64,000 nucleotides of DNA from a virus. Under the pieces are notes generated by a model that did not search any database, was not told the DNA's origin, and worked only from the letters and a program-made list of their open reading frames with translations. Positions 28,308 through 38,693 of the stretch are shown here, piece after piece (the first letter of the stretch is position 1; each line of letters begins with the position of its first letter). The stretch covers positions 31 through 64,030 of IMG/VR virus record IMGVR_UViG_3300029822_000007. The stretch is one strand, 5' to 3'. The position numbers and the translations under genes are program-made.

Positions 28308-29380
28308 ATTAATATCACCTCAGCTTCTATAAAACTTTTCACATCACTTTCCCATTTAATGTTCGCATACAATTTAATAAACCTATCCATTAACTTAACC
28401 AAATCATTTCTCACAGTTATTAAATGTTTTAATTGTTCTTCATAATTTGTTAGTAATTTAGCATATACTATATTCCCGGTTATCACATATACCAGTGTGC
28501 TTGTTAAAAATGTATTATAATCTTTAATAAACTGCTTCAGGTTTTTACCCTGCATAAATAAATCTTCAATAGTATTAATTGCCGCCTTTGCATCTTTCTT
28601 AATTAAAGCATTTGTTAATAAAATACATTGACTATAATCTGTAGTGCCTAATGCAGTATATACACTTTTTAGTGTTATATCTCTATCATATGCAACTACC
28701 TTATCCAGCATAGTAATTGCATCACGCATACCGCCATTCGCTAAATTAGCTATATATCGTAAAGCGTCCTCATCATAATGATATACCGCTATGCCTTGTT
28801 TATCCGCCCACATTGGGTCTGCAACCGCATCTTGGTCACCACCAGCATTATATGCTATTTCTTTATTTTCTTCTGCTAATATATATTCTAATCTGCCTAC
28901 AATATTTTTTGTGCTATGCTTTTCTATATCGAATCTTTGTACTCTGCTTAAAATAGTATCAGGTATCTTTTCCGGGTTAGTAGTACAAAACATAAAAATA
29001 GTATTTGCAGGTGGTTCTTCTATAACTTTTAGCATTGCATTCCACGCACCATTTGTCAGCATATGACACTCATCTATAATGTATATTTTATACTTACTAT
29101 CTAATGCCTTAAATTTACAGTCATCTATAATTTTACGCACATTCTCTACTCCATTGTTGCTGGCACCATCTACCTCAATTGGCTTACCCTTATTATCATT
29201 TATTGCAGTTGCCAGTATTCGTGCTAGGGTGGTTTTACCAGTTCCCGCACTTCCAATAAATAAATAAGCTTGTTTAAATTCTTTTGTAGCCACTTGATTT
29301 TCCAATATCTTCTTAACATTTTCTTGTCCAACCACATCTTTAAAAGTATGTGGTCTATATTTTGTAGCTAAATTATTCAT
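28286..29380 (-). CDS. dnaX: DNA polymerase III gamma/tau clamp-loader subunit
   Basis: LATKYRPHTFKDVVGQE, GSAGTGKTT, IIDECHML, TILSRVQRF, GGMRDAI. Confidence 0.9.
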   Translation of the reverse strand: MNNLATKYRPHTFKDVVGQENVKKILENQVATKEFKQAYLFIGSAGTGKTTLARILATAINDNKGKPIEVDGASNNGVENVRKIIDDCKFKALDSKYKIYIIDECHMLTNGAWNAMLKVIEEPPANTIFMFCTTNPEKIPDTILSRVQRFDIEKHSTKNIVGRLEYILAEENKEIAYNAGGDQDAVADPMWADKQGIAVYHYDEDALRYIANLANGGMRDAITMLDKVVAYDRDITLKSVYTALGTTDYSQCILLTNALIKKDAKAAINTIEDLFMQGKNLKQFIKDYNTFLTSTLVYVITGNIVYAKLLTNYEEQLKHLITVRNDLVKLMDRFIKLYANIKWESDVKSFIEAEVILICNLSDK

Positions 29381-29642
29381 TCTCGTTGTCCTCCATATCT
29401 TTTTTCTTATCTTCTACAACCGATGGTACTGCATATCCCTGTGTTTCTACTTGAAAACCGCTTGTACCTATAAATTCCATTTCTATTTTAAATCTAACTG
29501 GGTAATTTGTATAAGTTTTTAAATCCGCTGGTAGATTCTCTTTTACTAAATCTTCAATTGTCTTATCGTCTAAACTTGCACCACAATAGTCACTAACTTT
29601 TAATATACTATCGTCTGATTTAATTACTAATTTTTTATTCAT
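29373..29642 (-). CDS. Hypothetical protein
   Basis: ORF track. Confidence 0.6.
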   Translation of the reverse strand: MNKKLVIKSDDSILKVSDYCGASLDDKTIEDLVKENLPADLKTYTNYPVRFKIEMEFIGTSGFQVETQGYAVPSVVEDKKKDMEDNENE

Positions 29643-29654
29643 ATTTAACCCCTC

Positions 29655-30731
29655 CTATTTATTTCTAATTAATTTATTATATAAATCCCTGCTGGTATGG
29701 CTAATCCTTGTATACATTGACATTCCCAATCTTATATCATGTTCAGTGTATGCACAATCAGTTAAACTGCCAACATTAACAACATTCTTCATATTATGCT
29801 TTAGCTTTAAACTATAAATATTAAATATATCTAACAATACTTTTGGTAGCACATGTTTTAGTGCTTGTGACCTATACCCAAAATCTTTTTTATAGTACAT
29901 TGCTTTAACACTTGCAACAAATATAACTTTATCCGCATTATTAAATACTGTAGCTAAATCTAAATCATAAATATCAATGTTATGTGCAACTGCTAAATTA
30001 ATTGGCTGTAACCCTATATTTACTTCATCTATTAACACTTTTTTCTTTTCTGCCGCATCTGCTGATGTTTGTAGTGGCGTTTTTATAAACTGTTTTTTAT
30101 AGTTATAATAACTCACTATGCCAGTTTCATCAAACAATACATCACCATCTATCCTAGCAAATAGTTTATTAATAAAAGTATCCTTATCTTTAAAATTTAC
30201 AATCCATTGATATACGCCAGCCCATTTTTTAGTTGCATATGATGTTATAGCATTAAAGTATGACCCATTATACAGTGCCTTTTTAATATACCTTTTCATA
30301 AAATTACAAACTAATCTAAAATCATATAAATAGTAAACAGTATTTCCACTATCTGTATCAGTATGTGGTTGCCCGGATAATTGGTTGCACTGTATTAAAA
30401 ACTGTATTAAATTATATAATCTACAATTTGGTTCATGTAAATCTATTACAAGTAAATTATCTGCCAAACGCTCACTAAAAATATAATCATCTAATGCTGT
30501 CATTTTATCATAAACTCTATTTAACCTATTATCTTTAATACTAAAAGCTTTAGTTTTTAATAAAGTACCATGGCTACCAAATAGCCTTCTTATAACTGGT
30601 GCTGTTACAAATAAACTACCATTAAAAACAAACCCCATCTCCGGTATTATATTATGCAATCGTGTAGTTAAATTATTATATGCAACTGAATCTGCTATAT
30701 TAATTGCAACTTCCCTGCCCTCTTTTTCCAT
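29655..30731 (-). CDS. Orphan 358-aa protein
   Basis: Long ORF with GGAGG RBS; no motif recognised. Confidence 0.7.
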   Translation of the reverse strand: MEKEGREVAINIADSVAYNNLTTRLHNIIPEMGFVFNGSLFVTAPVIRRLFGSHGTLLKTKAFSIKDNRLNRVYDKMTALDDYIFSERLADNLLVIDLHEPNCRLYNLIQFLIQCNQLSGQPHTDTDSGNTVYYLYDFRLVCNFMKRYIKKALYNGSYFNAITSYATKKWAGVYQWIVNFKDKDTFINKLFARIDGDVLFDETGIVSYYNYKKQFIKTPLQTSADAAEKKKVLIDEVNIGLQPINLAVAHNIDIYDLDLATVFNNADKVIFVASVKAMYYKKDFGYRSQALKHVLPKVLLDIFNIYSLKLKHNMKNVVNVGSLTDCAYTEHDIRLGMSMYTRISHTSRDLYNKLIRNK

Positions 30732-30763
30732 TTTTATTTTCCTCCTTATTGTTTAATACATCT

Positions 30764-30795
30764 ATTATATCATCTAAATACATAAATATTAAAGT
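30764..30795 (-). promoter_or_regulatory. Class-2 promoter motif (variant -10)
   Basis: ACTTTAAT-N15-TGATAATAT. Confidence 0.6.
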
Positions 30796-31562
30796 GAAAA
30801 TAATGATTTCTTATTTATCCTTTTTACTGCAATATCATAGTATTTTTGTTCCTTTTCAATTCCTATAAAATTTCGATTTAACATTTTACAAGCTACCCCT
30901 GTAGTCCCGCTTCCCATGGTAAAATCTAACACCAAATCATTTTCTTTTGTATACGTCTTTATTAAATATTCCATTAATTTTACTGGTTTTTGTGTTGGAT
31001 GTACTGCTTTTGAATTACAGCATTCTGTTGATTGTTTACTTATTTGTATTATATTTTTAGGGTATCTCGCATCTGCTGGCTTATTTTTATCTGTTTTTTT
31101 AAATTGATTACTCTTAATACCATTAAATAAATCAGATTTTTTAAATACTGGTTTTTCTTTAGTTCTATCCTCATAGCCATATTTAAATATAGGATAATAG
31201 TTACATCTACTTTGCGAAAATACTAATATATTTTCAGTAATTTTTAATGGTTGATATTTAGCAACTAAAATATTGCCTGCACTGATTTTATTCCAAATCC
31301 AATCATATTTATACTCTTTTAAATTACTTAATCTTAGCTTACTACTAAAAGGTTCACTTCCAAATAAGACTATTGGTGTATGCTCATTTTTTCTTAATAC
31401 CTTTAATCTTTTCCACATTTCCTCAAATGGTATTACCTCATCCCATTTACAAGCAGTAGTACCATATGGAATATCTGTAATAACTGCATCTACTTTTATA
31501 TCTTTTGAAATAAGCTTATCCATTTCAGTTAAGCAATCACCTAAAATTAATTCACTTTTCAT
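30789..31562 (-). CDS. Amino (N6A/N4C) DNA methyltransferase, beta class
   Basis: TDIPYG catalytic motif, HPTQKPV, LDFTMGSGTTG SAM motif. Confidence 0.9.
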   Translation of the reverse strand: MKSELILGDCLTEMDKLISKDIKVDAVITDIPYGTTACKWDEVIPFEEMWKRLKVLRKNEHTPIVLFGSEPFSSKLRLSNLKEYKYDWIWNKISAGNILVAKYQPLKITENILVFSQSRCNYYPIFKYGYEDRTKEKPVFKKSDLFNGIKSNQFKKTDKNKPADARYPKNIIQISKQSTECCNSKAVHPTQKPVKLMEYLIKTYTKENDLVLDFTMGSGTTGVACKMLNRNFIGIEKEQKYYDIAVKRINKKSLFSL

Positions 31563-31913
31563 TTAATCATCTCCCTTTACTTGTACTGAATCTTTCCATG
31601 CACTATATAAATTTAAAAAGTCATTCATGCTTAATGCTACAAAATCCTCTGTGCTACCAAAATCAAAAACTACAGCCCCAAACTCTTTCCCTATAGATAA
31701 CGCTTCCTTCTTATTTTTTAAAAACCAATCCTTCTTAATGCTAAAACTTTTCATCGGCTTCGTGGCTGTTTTACATTCAAATAGCATGTACCTATCTACA
31801 ACATCACCTTTATCAAATGTAGTGGCACCACTATTGGATTGGCGTTTACCACCAACTAATGTTGCTACCCTAGTTTCCTGCTTTTTACTGTAATATCTTG
31901 TGGGTTTAACCAT
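31563..31913 (-). CDS. PD-(D/E)xK endonuclease / Holliday-junction-resolvase-like protein
   Basis: QE..VA...GD...FECKT. Confidence 0.7.
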   Translation of the reverse strand: MVKPTRYYSKKQETRVATLVGGKRQSNSGATTFDKGDVVDRYMLFECKTATKPMKSFSIKKDWFLKNKKEALSIGKEFGAVVFDFGSTEDFVALSMNDFLNLYSAWKDSVQVKGDD

Positions 31914-32442
31914 TATAACACCTCCTTAATGCCTGCAATGCTTTATTTTCTAACCTACTAACCTTTGTTTGTGTAAACCCTAATAATTTACCAATTTCTC
32001 TCTGTTTAAGCCCAAAATAATATTTATAACAAATAATTGACTTCTGCACAGTTGGCAATTCACTTATTAATACTCTTAGTGTTGCAGTATCCTCAAATGT
32101 TTCAGTTTTTAATAAAGTTTGCATAGAAAATTTTTTATTATCATTACTATTTTGCCTATCATATTCATAATCCAATGAGTATATTGGTGGTTCTGCCTTA
32201 TGTGTGCGGTCTGTAAATGATTTATGCCTAGCAAAATTCATCATATACCCAAACACATACATATATGAAAATGTTAAAAGGCTTGCCCCCTTATTGGGCT
32301 TATAATGCTTTTGTGCTTCTAAATATGCCACACAGCCAGTTTGAAACAATTCTTCCATATCCCTGTAATTTGTTGTTACCATTACTTTTTTAGCTATATT
32401 TTTTATAAAACCTAAATTATCCTCCAATTTTTGACTTTTCAT
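31906..32442 (-). CDS. RNA polymerase sigma-70 family factor (sporulation SigF/G-like)
   Basis: EELFQTGCVAYLEA...Y...KGASLLTF (region 2); LKQREIGKLLGFTQTKVSRLENKAL (region 4). Confidence 0.85.
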   Translation of the reverse strand: MKSQKLEDNLGFIKNIAKKVMVTTNYRDMEELFQTGCVAYLEAQKHYKPNKGASLLTFSYMYVFGYMMNFARHKSFTDRTHKAEPPIYSLDYEYDRQNSNDNKKFSMQTLLKTETFEDTATLRVLISELPTVQKSIICYKYYFGLKQREIGKLLGFTQTKVSRLENKALQALRRCYNG

Positions 32443-32786
32443 CTTTTATCCTCCTCATATTTTATTAACATCTTTGCCACCTCAATATCATGGTTATTCG
32501 TCATTGGTAAATCAAATCCAGTGGTGGCGTCCCAGTTCTTAAATGTTTCGTACATTGGCACAATTTTTGATATTTCAGGGTGTTTAGTTTGTAAATCTAA
32601 TAACTCCCTGCCCCAAACATTAAAGGTTGTATCATCTATAATATTAGCGTCCAGCCTATAATAAATGATAGAGTGTATTAACATTTGACGGCGGCGGCGG
32701 TTTATTAATTCATATATCTTTCCCTTGCTATCATCTTGTACAATTTTTTCGGTTTGCTTTTTCTTTGCAATACTAAATAAATTCAT
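32439..32786 (-). CDS. Stand-alone NAD-dependent DNA ligase domain Ia-like protein
   Basis: HSIIYYRLDANIIDDTTFN...ELLDLQTKHPE resembles LigA HNYRYYVLD.P.ISD.EYD...LE..HPE. Confidence 0.65.
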   Translation of the reverse strand: MNLFSIAKKKQTEKIVQDDSKGKIYELINRRRRQMLIHSIIYYRLDANIIDDTTFNVWGRELLDLQTKHPEISKIVPMYETFKNWDATTGFDLPMTNNHDIEVAKMLIKYEEDKR

Positions 32787-32945
32787 TAAAATCCCTTCTT
32801 ATTTAGATATAGTGCCAGCATAAATGTTAGCATTATACCGGTCATAATTCCCTCTATCCAACTAAATATAAATACTGCTATTGTAATGCTACCACCCCAT
32901 TCCCTTATATTTATTATATCAATTTTTACTATAAATTTTAAACTA

Positions 32946-33143
32946 CTATCTTAAAAAATATCTAAAAGTTATCTTTTTAGCTTTCATATTATATTTTTTA
33001 GCCAACTCAACTGCCTTAGCATTTACAGCTTCAATATAAGGCATTATTTCAGCTTTAGCTTCGTCCCTATTTAAATTACCTTTCATATATTCAATACGTG
33101 CCATTTCTGCTTTATTTTTCAAAGTTTCAATTTTATTATTCAT
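32946..33143 (-). CDS. Hypothetical early protein
   Basis: GGGAGG RBS behind promoter E4. Confidence 0.7.
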   Translation of the reverse strand: MNNKIETLKNKAEMARIEYMKGNLNRDEAKAEIMPYIEAVNAKAVELAKKYNMKAKKITFRYFLR

Positions 33144-33172
33144 ATTTATTACCTCCCTTACTTGTTAATATT

Positions 33173-33201
33173 ATTATATAACATTATTATATAACATTCA
33201 A
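33173..33201 (-). promoter_or_regulatory. Early promoter E4
   Basis: TTGAAT-17-TATAAT. Confidence 0.85.
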
Positions 33202-33256
33202 GTCCTTTTTATAAAAAATTAAGGCAATAAGTAAATTAATACTTATTGCCCTTTTG

Positions 33257-33781
33257 TTAAACCCCAGTTGAGCCAAAACCCCCACGATTTGGTCCTGATA
33301 ATTGTGGTACCTCTATAAATTTTACTGCTGGCATTTTTTCAACCAACCTAAATTGCAATAATCTATCCCCTATGCTAAGACTGCCATCTCGTGTTGCATA
33401 AAACTTACCCAGCCATTCATCGTCATTGCCGCTATAACTATTATCAATCACGCCAACGCTGTTAGTTAACAGTAAGCCATATTTTTCAAATGTACTGCTT
33501 CTAGGTGCAATGTGGGCTTCATAGCCATCGGGTAATTTCATTGCAACCCCCAGTTTAATTGTAACAAGTTCACCAAATCTATAATTAAGTTCATCAACCT
33601 CGTCATTATCACACCATTCTAAACTGGCACTATCTACTTCTTTCCCATTTCTATATACAGTACCACCTAACACATACAAATCAATCCAATCACCCTTATC
33701 TACTTTTTTAAGCGGATAACGTGGGTCACCAATAGCATCTTTATCAAAATATTTTATTTTTACATCTAATTCATTTGACAT
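33257..33781 (-). CDS. dut: Trimeric dUTPase
   Basis: GDWIDL, PRSS, GVIDNSYSG, GDRLLQ, RGGFGSTG. Confidence 0.95.
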   Translation of the reverse strand: MSNELDVKIKYFDKDAIGDPRYPLKKVDKGDWIDLYVLGGTVYRNGKEVDSASLEWCDNDEVDELNYRFGELVTIKLGVAMKLPDGYEAHIAPRSSTFEKYGLLLTNSVGVIDNSYSGNDDEWLGKFYATRDGSLSIGDRLLQFRLVEKMPAVKFIEVPQLSGPNRGGFGSTGV

Positions 33782-33799
33782 TATTTATCATCCTCCAAT

Positions 33800-34024
33800 T
33801 TATTTATTAATAATATACAACCTATCGCCTTTATCATATCTATCTAAAATGTAATTTAGTTCTTGCCTTGCTTCCATTTCATTATCAAATACTGCTAAAA
33901 TTGATGTACATCTATTATCATACATACATGATAGTTTATATTCCCCAGTATTCTCCGTTTTACTAACGCCAATAGTACCCTTTAATTCAACTGCAAATCT
34001 TCCACCGCTTACTTGTATAAACAT
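33800..34024 (-). CDS. Hypothetical protein
   Basis: ORF track. Confidence 0.6.
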   Translation of the reverse strand: MFIQVSGGRFAVELKGTIGVSKTENTGEYKLSCMYDNRCTSILAVFDNEMEARQELNYILDRYDKGDRLYIINK

Positions 34025-34027
34025 TAT

Positions 34028-34396
34028 TTATTCCCCCTTATTCTTCTGCATTATACTAATTGCCTCTTTCATAATTACTTCAAAATCTTCATGTCCAATT
34101 TTATCATGTAATTCCTTATATTGCTTATCATCTTCTGCCAACTGCTTTTCTACTAACCCTAATAATTCTTTAAAATTATCAGGTCTATTCGCTTTTTCAT
34201 TTTCATAGTCACTATCTATAATTTGCTTTGCAACCAGCAATTCTGCAATATTAGCATTTTTTCTAATTACTGCATGTATGCCATTATTAGCAGATTGGAA
34301 GGTTATTAAATATCCCCTATCTACCTTTTTAAATTCACCATTTTCCTTTACATAAATTTCGCCCTCAAATGGTATATCGTCTTTTCTTTCATACAT
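34028..34396 (-). CDS. Hypothetical protein
   Basis: ORF track. Confidence 0.6.
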   Translation of the reverse strand: MYERKDDIPFEGEIYVKENGEFKKVDRGYLITFQSANNGIHAVIRKNANIAELLVAKQIIDSDYENEKANRPDNFKELLGLVEKQLAEDDKQYKELHDKIGHEDFEVIMKEAISIMQKNKGE

Positions 34397-34398
34397 AA

Positions 34399-34923
34399 CT
34401 ACATCCCCTTATCATATTTATTTAAATTGCTATCCTCAATTCGCCTGCTTAATACCTTTCTGCTACTTTGGCAAATTTGCATAGCCGCATCCATTTTTAA
34501 TTTTAATTTTTTATGTGCACGCTGAAAAGCTATTTCAACTAATGCTTCATTTACTATTTTTGTGTTTGCATAGCTTTCTTTATCCCTTATAGTACCTTCA
34601 TATTCCATTACTGCTTCATGAAATAATTGAGTTTTTCTTTGCTTTGCAGTATCCCCTTCAATACCCAGTGTTTCAATACCATCACATATATTATATAAAT
34701 ATAATGGCACTTTAATAGTTAAATCTTCTATTTCATCATCACTTAATTTAGTTCTATTTTCCAGCATATTTTTTACATCATCAACATAATTATCTAACTC
34801 TTTACTATATTTAGCTATTAACTGATTTACTATACTATTTAAAGCCTTACTATCTTGCTCAACATCATGTTTTATTGTCCTACATTTCTCATCACTTAAC
34901 ATAAGGGCTACACTCCAAATCAC
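34399..34923 (-). CDS. Hypothetical coiled-coil protein
   Basis: ORF track. Confidence 0.6.
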   Translation of the reverse strand: MIWSVALMLSDEKCRTIKHDVEQDSKALNSIVNQLIAKYSKELDNYVDDVKNMLENRTKLSDDEIEDLTIKVPLYLYNICDGIETLGIEGDTAKQRKTQLFHEAVMEYEGTIRDKESYANTKIVNEALVEIAFQRAHKKLKLKMDAAMQICQSSRKVLSRRIEDSNLNKYDKGM

Positions 34924-35362
34924 ATATAAATGTACCTACATTATAATCATATCGAGTACGTTTTTTATTTGCTACAATCTCAATTCCCACAATATCACAA
35001 TAATCAATATTTATACTTTTATATGCACTTTGTTTAAGAGTTGCTACCTGCTGAATCGGCACAAAATAAACTTTATCATATTCATAAAAATTTATTAGTA
35101 TGCCAGCAATTACACCATCAAATTTACTTTTTTCTAATAAACCTTTGTACTGGTTTTCTGTTATACAGTTAAGGGGAAGTGATTTCCCCCTATGTGCCTT
35201 TAACTCTAAAAGTAATTGATGTGGTTTTACATATAATATAAAATCACATATATTATTTACACCTGCATAACCACCCATACCATCTTGTAATCTAATAATA
35301 TTCAAATTATTAGCCTCTGCACATTTTCTAAAATCTTCTTCAAATTTCTTACCTGTATACAT
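34892..35362 (-). CDS. recU: RecU-like Holliday junction resolvase
   Basis: GKKFE...CDFI...LELK...ITENQYKGL. Confidence 0.8.
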   Translation of the reverse strand: MYTGKKFEEDFRKCAEANNLNIIRLQDGMGGYAGVNNICDFILYVKPHQLLLELKAHRGKSLPLNCITENQYKGLLEKSKFDGVIAGILINFYEYDKVYFVPIQQVATLKQSAYKSINIDYCDIVGIEIVANKKRTRYDYNVGTFICDLECSPYVK

Positions 35363-35366
35363 TTAA

Positions 35367-36152
35367 TCACCACTTTTTACATTCATTTTTATACTGGCAG
35401 TAATTACACTGCTTTTTAATTGTAGTTTTTGGCGGTACTTCTTTATTATGCAAATAATCTTCAACTTCCTCAATAACATTTGTTACTCGTTCATCTTGCA
35501 TTCTTTTAGTTACATGCACAATAAATGCTTTAAGGTCACAATTATCCCTGTTTTCATATATAAATAGTATATTAGGTACACCCAAACACAAGCTATAGGC
35601 AGTTGCCTGTGTTATGTGGTCATCAAATGGTTTAACTTGCCCTTCCCATTTATACATGCTTTCAGTTTTAATTTCAACTATATATAATTCGCCTTTATAT
35701 CTTATTAATCCATCACATAAAAATCGCATATCCAATACTTCGTTATAGCACTTTGTTTCCATTCCTTTATGCTTAACTACCTTAGTGCCATGCACCGGGT
35801 TATCTTTCAAAAATTCTGCAACATCAAGCCATTCACAATCCAAACCCATATCTTTCATCTTACTAATATAAGTTTGCAAATTAACATGTCTATTGGTACC
35901 ACTTTCACCCATGCCAGTTAGTGTATATACTTTTGGCTTATCATCAATAGGTGCCGCACACCTTTGGAAGTACAAACCTCTTTTACAGCCACCCAAACTA
36001 GATGGCTTGTAACACTGGCTTGGCTTATAATTACTACCGCTATTCTCTATTGTATATATAAAATCTTTTAAAAACTGTTCTTCAGGTTTCAATGTTTTAG
36101 TTGCAGTATTTATAACTTTAGCTAAATTACAAAGTCTATTCATCTGAATCAT
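35367..36152 (-). CDS. Cas4-like / AddB-like Fe-S PD-(D/E)xK exonuclease
   Basis: PSSLGGCKR, CDGLI...VEIKT, QATAY, CNYCQYKNEC. Confidence 0.85.
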   Translation of the reverse strand: MIQMNRLCNLAKVINTATKTLKPEEQFLKDFIYTIENSGSNYKPSQCYKPSSLGGCKRGLYFQRCAAPIDDKPKVYTLTGMGESGTNRHVNLQTYISKMKDMGLDCEWLDVAEFLKDNPVHGTKVVKHKGMETKCYNEVLDMRFLCDGLIRYKGELYIVEIKTESMYKWEGQVKPFDDHITQATAYSLCLGVPNILFIYENRDNCDLKAFIVHVTKRMQDERVTNVIEEVEDYLHNKEVPPKTTIKKQCNYCQYKNECKKW

Positions 36153-37191
36153 CCCATCTACATAATAATTCTACTGTATCCTTATCTTCAATTTTTATTA
36201 AATCATCATTTCCATAATACAACCTAAACGTATCTGCCTGCACTGCATTTATAATATCTTTAAGCATTGTAATATCCAATGGTATTTCAAATTCCTTAAA
36301 ATCTGTACTGCCACTATATGATATCTTTTCAATACCATCACCATTAACTTCAGTAATAACAATGCCATCTTTTCCAAACTGTAATTTAACTGCATTTTTA
36401 TCATAGGGACTTACAAATATATCAAGTCTATCTAAAATATCCAGCATTACATTTTTATTCAGCAAGCAATTACTACTAAATTCATTATCCAGCACTACAC
36501 TTAAATCCGGATACTGGTCTATTTCATTAAGTGCCGCACCAAATAATTTTACTGTTTCAGTTTCAATTAAAATTTTACCTTCTGCATATTGCAGAGTTCC
36601 CTTTTCCTCAGGTATTACATTTATTAATCTTGCCATACTTTGGTTTACAAGCATAGGTTTTTCAACTAATTTGGTATTTACAAGGCACATTTTAATACTA
36701 TCAGTTGCTACTACCTTATCACCAAATAAATAGCCCCTTAATGCCCCAAAACTTTCATCGTCAGGTGCTATGCTGTTTTTACCAATTGCAATAACATTTT
36801 TAATTTTATCTATATTTATTTCTTCTTTGGTGCCAGCATTAAATTCATAACTTAAAAATTCCTCATCTAGTATTGGTATCTTATAGGTTCCATTACCTTT
36901 AAATACTAATAAAGTATCTAATAAATTTAATTTAACATCCTCTTTGGTTGTTTTATTTACCAGTTTTATAAATGGTTCAGCTAATACAATGCAACTACCA
37001 TCGGTGCATTCTGCTAATTTACTACTTACAGTTAAAAACCTATATCCATCAGTGGAATCTATATAAAAAATTCCCTCTTTCGTATACAAGTGTAAATAAC
37101 TTGTAATTGGTTGGTTCTTATCTGCACCTACCCCTTTTTCAGCTATAGCAGTTATCTTCTTTAAAACTGCTGTTTTAATTTTAATTTCCAT
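36136..37191 (-). CDS. dnaN: Beta sliding-clamp-like protein
   Basis: 351 aa; STDGYRF and VATDSIKM repeats, YPDL, ILDRL typical of DnaN domains. Confidence 0.8.
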   Translation of the reverse strand: MEIKIKTAVLKKITAIAEKGVGADKNQPITSYLHLYTKEGIFYIDSTDGYRFLTVSSKLAECTDGSCIVLAEPFIKLVNKTTKEDVKLNLLDTLLVFKGNGTYKIPILDEEFLSYEFNAGTKEEINIDKIKNVIAIGKNSIAPDDESFGALRGYLFGDKVVATDSIKMCLVNTKLVEKPMLVNQSMARLINVIPEEKGTLQYAEGKILIETETVKLFGAALNEIDQYPDLSVVLDNEFSSNCLLNKNVMLDILDRLDIFVSPYDKNAVKLQFGKDGIVITEVNGDGIEKISYSGSTDFKEFEIPLDITMLKDIINAVQADTFRLYYGNDDLIKIEDKDTVELLCRWDDSDE

Positions 37192-37222
37192 TTATATTCC
37201 TCCTCAAATTTGTTTTACATTT

Positions 37223-37254
37223 ATTATATCATTTAATTACTAAAAAATTAAAGT
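37223..37254 (-). promoter_or_regulatory. Class-2 promoter motif
   Basis: ACTTTAAT-N15-TGATATAAT. Confidence 0.75.
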
Positions 37255-37264
37255 AATTTTTAAA

Positions 37265-37801
37265 TTAATATTGTGGGTTATAAAAATTTTCAATAATACT
37301 GTTTAATGGTGCTAATTGTTCATATTTTGTAGCACCCTTTGAATCCATATTATAAATTGGCACAAAGTGCATCTTTGGATATGCCATTTGTAAACACAAT
37401 ATTGTTTCTCCGCTACCTGTAGGCACTTTATATGTCACATCCTCACTTAATGGTGTATCTAAATTATTATCTAAATATAGCTTAAATCTATCAGCTATTT
37501 TAATCATTAAGTGCAATGGTAAATGACCACTGGTTGCATCAAATCTATCCGGAAATAACCTGTGTATTTCATCAGGTGTGTACCACCTATTTGCAGTAAA
37601 ATCACCTGTAGGGCTTATATCTAAAACATCTAAACACATATCAGTTAATGCTTTGCTTGCATTGCCACAACTAAAACAAACACATTTATTTCTATAGCCT
37701 GCCGCCCCAACATACTCTTTTATAACTTCTGCTCTTATAATTTTTGCTGGGAATGTAAGCAACCCAGTTTCATTATACCCACTACTATAACTACTACTCA
37801 T
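37265..37801 (-). CDS. Minimal fold-type II PLP-dependent (PALP)-like protein
   Basis: PAKIIRA (candidate PLP lysine), CFSCGNAS (cf. SSGN), VPTGSGET (cf. GSGGT phosphate loop). Confidence 0.55.
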   Translation of the reverse strand: MSSSYSSGYNETGLLTFPAKIIRAEVIKEYVGAAGYRNKCVCFSCGNASKALTDMCLDVLDISPTGDFTANRWYTPDEIHRLFPDRFDATSGHLPLHLMIKIADRFKLYLDNNLDTPLSEDVTYKVPTGSGETILCLQMAYPKMHFVPIYNMDSKGATKYEQLAPLNSIIENFYNPQY

Positions 37802-38693
37802 TTTTATCCCCCCAAAATTTTAAATTACTTATATTCTTTTCATTACCTTTATAAAATACTAATATATTTTGATGTACTTTAACCATTTTTCTATTTCTCA
37901 TTTGCCCTCTTGCCCTTATAGGTGCAGTGCCAAAACTATTAATTAGTATGGCTTCATTATAATATTTAAATCCAATATCTTTCATTATGCTAATATTATC
38001 ACCTATAAAATTTCTGTAAATGCCAGTTTTTTTATCTCTTATTTCACCTATTTTAATTACCAAAAATCTATCATCTGCAAGCATATTAAAACAATGTGCA
38101 AATATATTTTTATACTGTTTCATAAATTCTTCATAAGTTCCTAATGCACTCATATCATCTTTACTATAAACCTCTAAATCATAGTAGGGTGGGCTGGTAA
38201 ATATCATATCAAAATCTCTATCTTTAATTAAATCTTCAATGTTATTACTATCTCCACAAATATAATCTACACCTGCATATGGTGCTACACATTTTTTATT
38301 TAAATCTACCTGCTCTTTTCTAAATTCTACAGCATTATAATTAAATCCTAAAATACCAGCAACAACACCTTTAGTTTGCTCACCACCAAATGGGTCAAGT
38401 ATTTTACCGCCCAAAGGGCAAAACCATTTATATGCTATTTCTGCCAGCACTGGGTCAAAATTGCTTGTACCATTATTTATAGTACCAAACAAATTATCAT
38501 CTGTACCTTGTCCAACTCTACCAAATTCGCCGTCACGTGTTTGGCTTAGATTTCCAGTGTATTTAAGCCACTTTCTTTTCCTATCCTGCCAATAACCCTG
38601 CCTAGTATCTAAAACTGAAAATGGTGGCACTACAAAACTATTTAGTAGGCTTGTTTTATCATTGTGCTTAAAATCAAATAATCTATTTTTCAT
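37794..38693 (-). CDS. SAM-dependent amino-methyltransferase (SPPY type)
   Basis: ILDPFGG motif I, then FTSPPYY. Confidence 0.85.
   Translation of the reverse strand: MKNRLFDFKHNDKTSLLNSFVVPPFSVLDTRQGYWQDRKRKWLKYTGNLSQTRDGEFGRVGQGTDDNLFGTINNGTSNFDPVLAEIAYKWFCPLGGKILDPFGGEQTKGVVAGILGFNYNAVEFRKEQVDLNKKCVAPYAGVDYICGDSNNIEDLIKDRDFDMIFTSPPYYDLEVYSKDDMSALGTYEEFMKQYKNIFAHCFNMLADDRFLVIKIGEIRDKKTGIYRNFIGDNISIMKDIGFKYYNEAILINSFGTAPIRARGQMRNRKMVKVHQNILVFYKGNEKNISNLKFWGDKNE

Noticed and set aside
32689-32700. (CGG)4 microsatellite as a phase-variation tract
   Set aside because: It encodes an Arg run, and changes in a trinucleotide unit keep the frame.
35367-36152. Cas4-like gene as part of a CRISPR system
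   Set aside because: There are no other cas genes and no repeat-spacer array; solo Cas4-like nucleases are common in phage recombination modules.
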